Source: Verrucomicrobiales bacterium
GTDB lineage: Bacteria > Verrucomicrobiota > Verrucomicrobiia > Limisphaerales > SXTU01
Reading direction: 5' to 3'
Assembly: GCA_005791875.1 (NCBI GenBank)
Contig: SXTU01000063.1
Span: 15,347-79,346, forward strand
DNA length: 64,000 bases
A program made the translations under genes and the position numbers. Shown here piece by piece: positions 59,322 through 64,000 of this stretch. Below the pieces are notes generated by a model that made no database searches, had not been told where the DNA came from, and saw only the letters and a list, made by a program, of their open reading frames with translations. How positions within the stretch are numbered: the stretch's first letter is position 1; each line of letters begins with the position of its first letter.

Positions 59322-60611
59322 ATGACCTCGCACGCTCTTCATCTCCTGACTGGTCTGCGCCGCAGCGTTGCCGCCGGTATGATCGCTCTCTTTGCCATCG
59401 CACTGCTGGGCAACGGTGCCCTCGCCGCCGAGCACGCCAAGACTGAGGCCAAGACCGTGCAGACTGCTGACGCCCACCACGGGCACACGCACGGTCCCGC
59501 CGGCCACCCGACTACCGCCAAGCAGTTCGGCTACGCCTACCTCACGGCTTACATGTTCTGCCTGAGCCTGTGCCTGGGCGCGCTGTTCATCGTCATCCTG
59601 AACCACCTCTTCGACGCGCAGTGGATGATTCCCATCCGCCGCTTCCTCGAACACATCGCGTGCCTGCTGTTCCCGACGATGTTCATCCTCTGGATTCCCA
59701 TTGGCTATCTCGCGGTGGACATCTATCCGTGGATGTCCATTGACCCGGACTACGACCACGCGCTCCACGCGAAGGCGATTCTCTTCAACAAGCCTGCTTT
59801 CTACGGTGTGTCCTGCCTGCTGTTTCTCGTCTGGGGCTTCATCGCCCACGGCCTGCGCAGCGCCTCGCTCGCTCAGGACAAGGACGGCGCGGCCTCCCAC
59901 ACTCGCACGATGCGCCGGTATGCAGCAGGCGGGATTTTCCTCTTCGCATTCAGCCTGACCGGCGCGGCCATTTACTGGATGAAGTCCCTGCAGCACCAGT
60001 TCTTCTCCACCATGTATGGCGTCGTCTATTTCGCCGGCAGCGTGTGGGTGACGGCCATCACCACCTACTGGCTGCTGCTCTACTTCAAGAACCGCGGCGA
60101 CCTGAAAGATGTGGCGCGCGAAGTCACCTTCCACGACTGCGGCAAGCTCTTCTTCGCCTTCACCGTCTTCTACGCCTACATCCACTTCAGCCAATACTTC
60201 CTTATCTGGAACGCCGCCGTGCCGGAGGAAACCTTCTGGTATGTCCTGCGCGAAAACGGCACTTGGAAATGGGTCGGCCAGCTCACCATCTTCGGCCACT
60301 TCTGGTTCCCGTTCATCTTCCTGCTGCCCATCCATCGCAAGCTGAACTTCCAAGCCATGAGCATGATGACGGGTTGGGCTTGGCTGTGCCACTACATGGA
60401 TTTGCAGTTCAATATCGGTCCAGTGCTCTACCCGGACGGCTTGAGCGTGGGCATCTACGACGTGCTCTCGCTGGGCGGGATTCTGGCCGTGCTCATCTTC
60501 ATGTTCAGCCGCGCCTTCAACGCCCACCCGCCCTATCCCCAGCGCGACCCGCGCATAGCCGAGGCGATGGGAGTCTATGTCGAACCCGCATCCAGCAAGG
60601 CTGCCCACTAG
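59322..60611 (+). CDS. actF: ACIII subunit ActF (second NrfD-related membrane subunit)
   Basis: 429 aa polytopic protein at the position and with the size expected for ActF. The N-terminal loop is His-rich (ADAHHGHTHGPAGHP). Confidence 0.8.
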   Translation: MTSHALHLLTGLRRSVAAGMIALFAIALLGNGALAAEHAKTEAKTVQTADAHHGHTHGPAGHPTTAKQFGYAYLTAYMFCLSLCLGALFIVILNHLFDAQWMIPIRRFLEHIACLLFPTMFILWIPIGYLAVDIYPWMSIDPDYDHALHAKAILFNKPAFYGVSCLLFLVWGFIAHGLRSASLAQDKDGAASHTRTMRRYAAGGIFLFAFSLTGAAIYWMKSLQHQFFSTMYGVVYFAGSVWVTAITTYWLLLYFKNRGDLKDVAREVTFHDCGKLFFAFTVFYAYIHFSQYFLIWNAAVPEETFWYVLRENGTWKWVGQLTIFGHFWFPFIFLLPIHRKLNFQAMSMMTGWAWLCHYMDLQFNIGPVLYPDGLSVGIYDVLSLGGILAVLIFMFSRAFNAHPPYPQRDPRIAEAMGVYVEPASSKAAH

Positions 60612-60623
60612 CCTGCACTAAAC

Positions 60624-61028
60624 ATGAGCTGCCCCGAATCCCAAGACTCCTGCTGCACTCCCGCCTGCCGCACGAAGACCGCCTACTTCCTCGGCGCGCT
60701 CGTCGTCATCCTACTCGGCGTCGGCATCACCGCGCTCCTCAAGAGCTACACCGAGACCGGCGCAAGCGCCGCCCGCGACGCCCGCGCCAAGGAACGCGCC
60801 AAGGCGCAGGCAGAACTCCGTCAGGTCACCGCGCTGGAGCTGAACAATGCCGCCGTGCTCGACAAGGCCAAGGGCATTCACCGCATCCCCGTCTCGGCGG
60901 CGATGGAGTTGACCTTGAAAGAATACCAGACGGACGCCGCTGCCAGTCGCACCGCGTTCGTCGCGCGCGTCGAGAAGTTCACCGCCCCGCCGCCGAAGGC
61001 GCCGGAGAAACCGAGCGCGTTCGAGTGA
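60624..61028 (+). CDS. small single-pass membrane protein with Cys-rich N-terminus (possible ActG-like accessory subunit)
   Basis: MSCPESQDSCCTPACRTKT, then the TM helix AYFLGALVVILLGVGITALL, then a charged helical tail. The function call rests on position only. Confidence 0.6.
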   Translation: MSCPESQDSCCTPACRTKTAYFLGALVVILLGVGITALLKSYTETGASAARDARAKERAKAQAELRQVTALELNNAAVLDKAKGIHRIPVSAAMELTLKEYQTDAAASRTAFVARVEKFTAPPPKAPEKPSAFE

Positions 61029-61033
61029 GACTG

Positions 61034-61112
61034 CCCGCGGATAACGCGGACCACGCGGATACAGAATTCCACTTGCCACCCAAGTCAGTTTTGAATCCGC
61101 GTCATCCGCGGG
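61034..61112. repeat. intra-operon stem-loop built from 9-bp CGCGGATNN repeats
   Basis: cccgcggataacgcgga (61034-61050) pairs with tccgcgtcatccgcggg (61096-61112), with 1 mismatch. The left arm is part of cgcggataa cgcggacca cgcggatac (61036-61062). Confidence 0.7.
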
Positions 61113-61122
61113 CAACACAGAA

Positions 61123-62538
61123 ATGACCACCGCCCAACCCAGCAGCCAGACCGCCTGCGCTGCCGCGCCCTCCGTCGCGGAGGTAGAGGCGTCGTGCCGG
61201 CTGCCGGTGCTGTTCCTCGCCTTCAGTGGCGCGGCTTGGCTGTGCGCCGGCGCGGTGCTCGCGCTGCTCGCCAGCGTTCAGCTTTACCAGCCCGCCTTCA
61301 TGGAAGGCTGCGCGTGGGTCACCTACGGACGACTCCGTCCCGCCGCCGTCAACGCGCTCACCTACGGCTTCGCGCTCCAAACCGCCTTCGCCCTCGCCCT
61401 CTGGCTCATCGCCCGGCTCGGTCGCGTGGAACTGGTCGCGCCTCTCGGTCTCACCATCGCCGCCAAGTTCTGGAACATCGCCGTGACCGTCGGCGTGTTC
61501 GGCATTCTCGCGGGCGACGCCACCGGCTTCGACCTCCTGGAGTTCCCGCTCTACGCCGCGCTGCCGCTCTTCGCCAGCTACGCATGCATCGCCGCGTGGG
61601 CGTTGGTCACACTGCATCGCCGCACCGAGCGCGAGCTTTATGTCTCGCTCTGGTTCGTGCTCGCGGCGCTGCTCTGGTTCCCGTGGATTCTCTCCACCGC
61701 GCAAGGATTGCTGCTCGGCTGGCAGGTGCCCGGCGTGGTGCAGGCCATCGTCGCCGGCTGGTTCGGCAACAACCTCCTGCAAATCGTCCTGACCAGTTTC
61801 ACGCTCGCCGTGCTGTTCTACTTCGTGCCGAAGGCCGTGAAGCGTCCGCTCGCCAATCCCGGCCTCGTGAGCGCCGGCTTCTGGCTGCTGCTGCTCATCG
61901 GCGGCTGGTGCGGCCTCTCGCAGCTCGCGGCGGTGCCCGCGTGGATTCCGTCCGTCAGCGGCGCGGCGAATGTGCTCGTCATCGTGCCGGTGCTCGCGCT
62001 GCTCGTTTCCCTCTGGCAGACCGCCGATGGCAAAATCGCCGAGTCGTGGAAATCGAACGCCACCTTCCGCTTCCTGCTTGTCGCGGCGATTCTGCTGCTG
62101 GGCGTGACGCTGTGCACGGCGGTCTTTGGTGGCCACTACACGCAGTTCACCTTCTTCGCCACCGCCCGCACGGACATCGTGCTGCTTGGCGTGTTCGGCC
62201 TCGCGGCGCTCGGCGCGCTGCATTACATCGTGCCGCGTCTCACGACCGGTGAGGACGAGCTGCCTTCCGAAGGGCTGTCTGACCTGGCGTTCTGGGCGGC
62301 GCTGTTCGGCGTGCTCGCAGTTGGCATCGGCTTCAGTCTTGCCGGCTTCAAGCAGGCTGCCGTGGGCGCAAGCGCGGAGAGCAAATTCCTGGAGGGCGCG
62401 GTCACGGGAGTCGCCAGCAATCTCAAGCTCGTCACCGTCGGCTACGGCGCGATGGCGGTCGCGGCGCTCGCCTTTCTCGTCAACTTCGGCCTCGCGGCGC
62501 GTCGTTGCTGCCTCGACTGCTGTGGAGGTGCGCGATGA
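61123..62538 (+). CDS. CcoN-like (cbb3 heme-copper oxidase subunit I homologue) membrane protein lacking all canonical heme/CuB histidine ligands
   Basis: The 471-aa protein aligns block by block with CcoN (YGRLRP, LEFP, LYVSLWF, LFYFVPKAVKRP, FRFLLV, ALHYIVPR). The ligand motifs instead read RPAAVN, WFGNN, GLSQL and ARTDIV. The C-terminus is CCLDCCGGAR. Confidence 0.8.
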   Translation: MTTAQPSSQTACAAAPSVAEVEASCRLPVLFLAFSGAAWLCAGAVLALLASVQLYQPAFMEGCAWVTYGRLRPAAVNALTYGFALQTAFALALWLIARLGRVELVAPLGLTIAAKFWNIAVTVGVFGILAGDATGFDLLEFPLYAALPLFASYACIAAWALVTLHRRTERELYVSLWFVLAALLWFPWILSTAQGLLLGWQVPGVVQAIVAGWFGNNLLQIVLTSFTLAVLFYFVPKAVKRPLANPGLVSAGFWLLLLIGGWCGLSQLAAVPAWIPSVSGAANVLVIVPVLALLVSLWQTADGKIAESWKSNATFRFLLVAAILLLGVTLCTAVFGGHYTQFTFFATARTDIVLLGVFGLAALGALHYIVPRLTTGEDELPSEGLSDLAFWAALFGVLAVGIGFSLAGFKQAAVGASAESKFLEGAVTGVASNLKLVTVGYGAMAVAALAFLVNFGLAARRCCLDCCGGAR

Positions 62539-63623
62539 GATACGGCCCCATCATCGGTGCGGGCGCGCTGTTCTCCCTCGCCTGCTCGTGGGCGGCGTTG
62601 GTCATGGCCCCGCAGCTCCAACTCGGCGCGCTGGCCCCCGCGCCCATCCCGAACACCTCGGACGTTCACCCCGCCCTCCGGCCCGGTCTCGCGGCGCAGG
62701 GCGCAGAGGTCTATCGCTCGCTCGGCTGCTACCAGTGCCACACCCGGCAGGTGCGGCAGGACGCACTGCTCTTCGGCGCGCGGCTTAACGACGTTGGCTC
62801 CAACGCCAACACCATCAATCTCGAACTGCCCGGCAGCGGGAAGACGAACCTCGTCAACCTCGACCTGCTCATCGCGCTCGCGAAGGCCCGCCCCGACCTC
62901 GGCATCGCCAAGGTCACCGTGCCTCCGCCACTGCTGGCTGACACAAACGTCGTTGCGGCGCTCGGTCAGTTCACCGCGAACCTCACTCTGCTCAAGCACG
63001 CCGACGACAAGCTCGACGTCGTCCGTCCGACTTCCGGCCCCACGGTCAACGACGTGGTTGGGAACCGCCCGGCGGAAATCTTCGTCAAAGTCGCCCCCGA
63101 AACCGCCGAGAGCGTCGTGAAGCTGCTCACGGACTCCGGGGCCAAGGCCGAGCTGGTGATCTGCAATCTCGGCCCCGACATCGAACGCGGCTGGGGCGCG
63201 CGTCGCAGCGTGGCCCGCGATTTCGTGAACGACACGCCCGTGTTGCTCGGCAGCCTGCGCGTCGGCCCTGACCTCGCGAGCATCGGCATGCGCGCGCCGG
63301 AGAAGTTCGCCGCGCCGTGGAAGTTCGCGGGCACCAACACCGCCGCCGAAGTGGAGCACCACCTCTTGGTTCACCTCTACAACCCGCGCCTGCTGGCCCC
63401 GGCCTCGACCTGTCCGTCTGCCGCCTACCTGTTCGACAAGCAGAAGCCCGAGGTTCGCTTTGCTGGCGAGCCGCTAGCCTTGCCCGGCAAGGACGCGCCC
63501 GTTTTCCCGAAGCACAATGCCCGGGCGCTGGTCGCCTATTTGCTGACCCAGCGCACTGATGTCGGCCTGCTGGAAGCGCCCACGCCCGCGGTGGCCAAGG
63601 CCGCCGCCCCTGCGAAGCCATGA
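62535..63623 (+). CDS. CcoO-like monoheme cytochrome c subunit with large internal insertion
   Basis: The ATG overlaps the upstream stop (ATGA). N-terminal TM helix. Motifs GAEVYRSLGCYQCHTRQVR, later LRVGPDLASIG and HLYNPR. About 178 residues separate CxxCH from GPDL, against roughly 45 in canonical CcoO as I recall it. Confidence 0.75.
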   Translation: MRYGPIIGAGALFSLACSWAALVMAPQLQLGALAPAPIPNTSDVHPALRPGLAAQGAEVYRSLGCYQCHTRQVRQDALLFGARLNDVGSNANTINLELPGSGKTNLVNLDLLIALAKARPDLGIAKVTVPPPLLADTNVVAALGQFTANLTLLKHADDKLDVVRPTSGPTVNDVVGNRPAEIFVKVAPETAESVVKLLTDSGAKAELVICNLGPDIERGWGARRSVARDFVNDTPVLLGSLRVGPDLASIGMRAPEKFAAPWKFAGTNTAAEVEHHLLVHLYNPRLLAPASTCPSAAYLFDKQKPEVRFAGEPLALPGKDAPVFPKHNARALVAYLLTQRTDVGLLEAPTPAVAKAAAPAKP

Positions 63624-64000
63624 GCAAGAACAAGAAGCAGCCCGCGCCCGCGCCTGAGCGTGCCGAGACCGAGCCGACGATTGCCGCCGGCGGTGGCAGC
63701 GCGTGGCCGTTCGTTCTGCTGGGAGTCATCCTCTTTGGTTGCTTCCTCCACGTGGAGAACACCGGCGGCGCGTTCCGTGCGGACGTGTATCAGGCCGGGA
63801 TGAAGACGCCGCCGCCGCAGGCCGACGAACCGCCGGAGGTGAAGGCATTCAAGCGCGGCGCGCAGCTCTATGCGGCTGGGTGCGCCGGCTGCCATCAGGC
63901 CACCGGGCTTGGCTCCGCGCCGCTGAACTTTCCGCCGCTGGCCGGCTCAGAATGGGTGCTGCGCGAGAAGCCGGACCGCCTCGTCCGCATCATACTCAAC
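63620..64000 (+). CDS. membrane-anchored class I c-type cytochrome (CcoP-like), 5' part; runs off window end
   Basis: Not in the track because there is no stop in the window. The ATG overlaps the upstream stop (ATGA). Translation: MSKNKKQPAPAPERAETEPTIAAGGGSAWPFVLLGVILFGCFLHVEN...KRGAQLYAAGCAGCHQATGLGSAPLNFPPLAGSEWV. Confidence 0.7.
   Translation, partial: MSKNKKQPAPAPERAETEPTIAAGGGSAWPFVLLGVILFGCFLHVENTGGAFRADVYQAGMKTPPPQADEPPEVKAFKRGAQLYAAGCAGCHQATGLGSAPLNFPPLAGSEWVLREKPDRLVRIILN

Overview
High-GC chromosomal segment that looks like a PVC-superphylum genome (Verrucomicrobiota/Planctomycetota-like); this assignment is an inference from gene families and repeat types. It holds the dnaA region and housekeeping genes: aroF, deoA, glnB, rnhC, mutY, mutM, ppk1 and ppgK. 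It also holds many PVC-typical exported families: 2 sulfatases, 4 DUF1501, 2 DUF1549/DUF1553, DUF1080, ThuA, CotH and a prepilin-like protein. I found no rRNA, tRNA, CRISPR array, transposase, integrase or recognisable defence system.

Three things stand out.

(1) The 3' end carries a complete Alternative Complex III operon (actABCDEF). It runs on, with overlapping start/stop codons, into a cbb3-oxidase-like module. The CcoN homologue there has lost all six heme/copper histidine ligands, the CcoO homologue carries a ~130-aa insertion, and a c-type cytochrome follows. This is my best candidate for an undescribed system.

(2) Disrupted genes are unusually dense. There are five in-frame stop codons of all three types, three single-base frameshifts, and a block of three mutually truncated genes.

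(3) Intergenic DNA is packed with short structured repeats. One family is AGT-phased heptanucleotide arrays at gene ends and in divergent promoters, with one copy in frame inside mutY.

A perfect TGTGA-N6-TCACA palindrome sits just upstream of actA. A replication-origin-like strand switch lies near 9.8-11.8 kb.

Most long ORFs in the track that lie opposite the listed genes are GC-driven antisense shadows.
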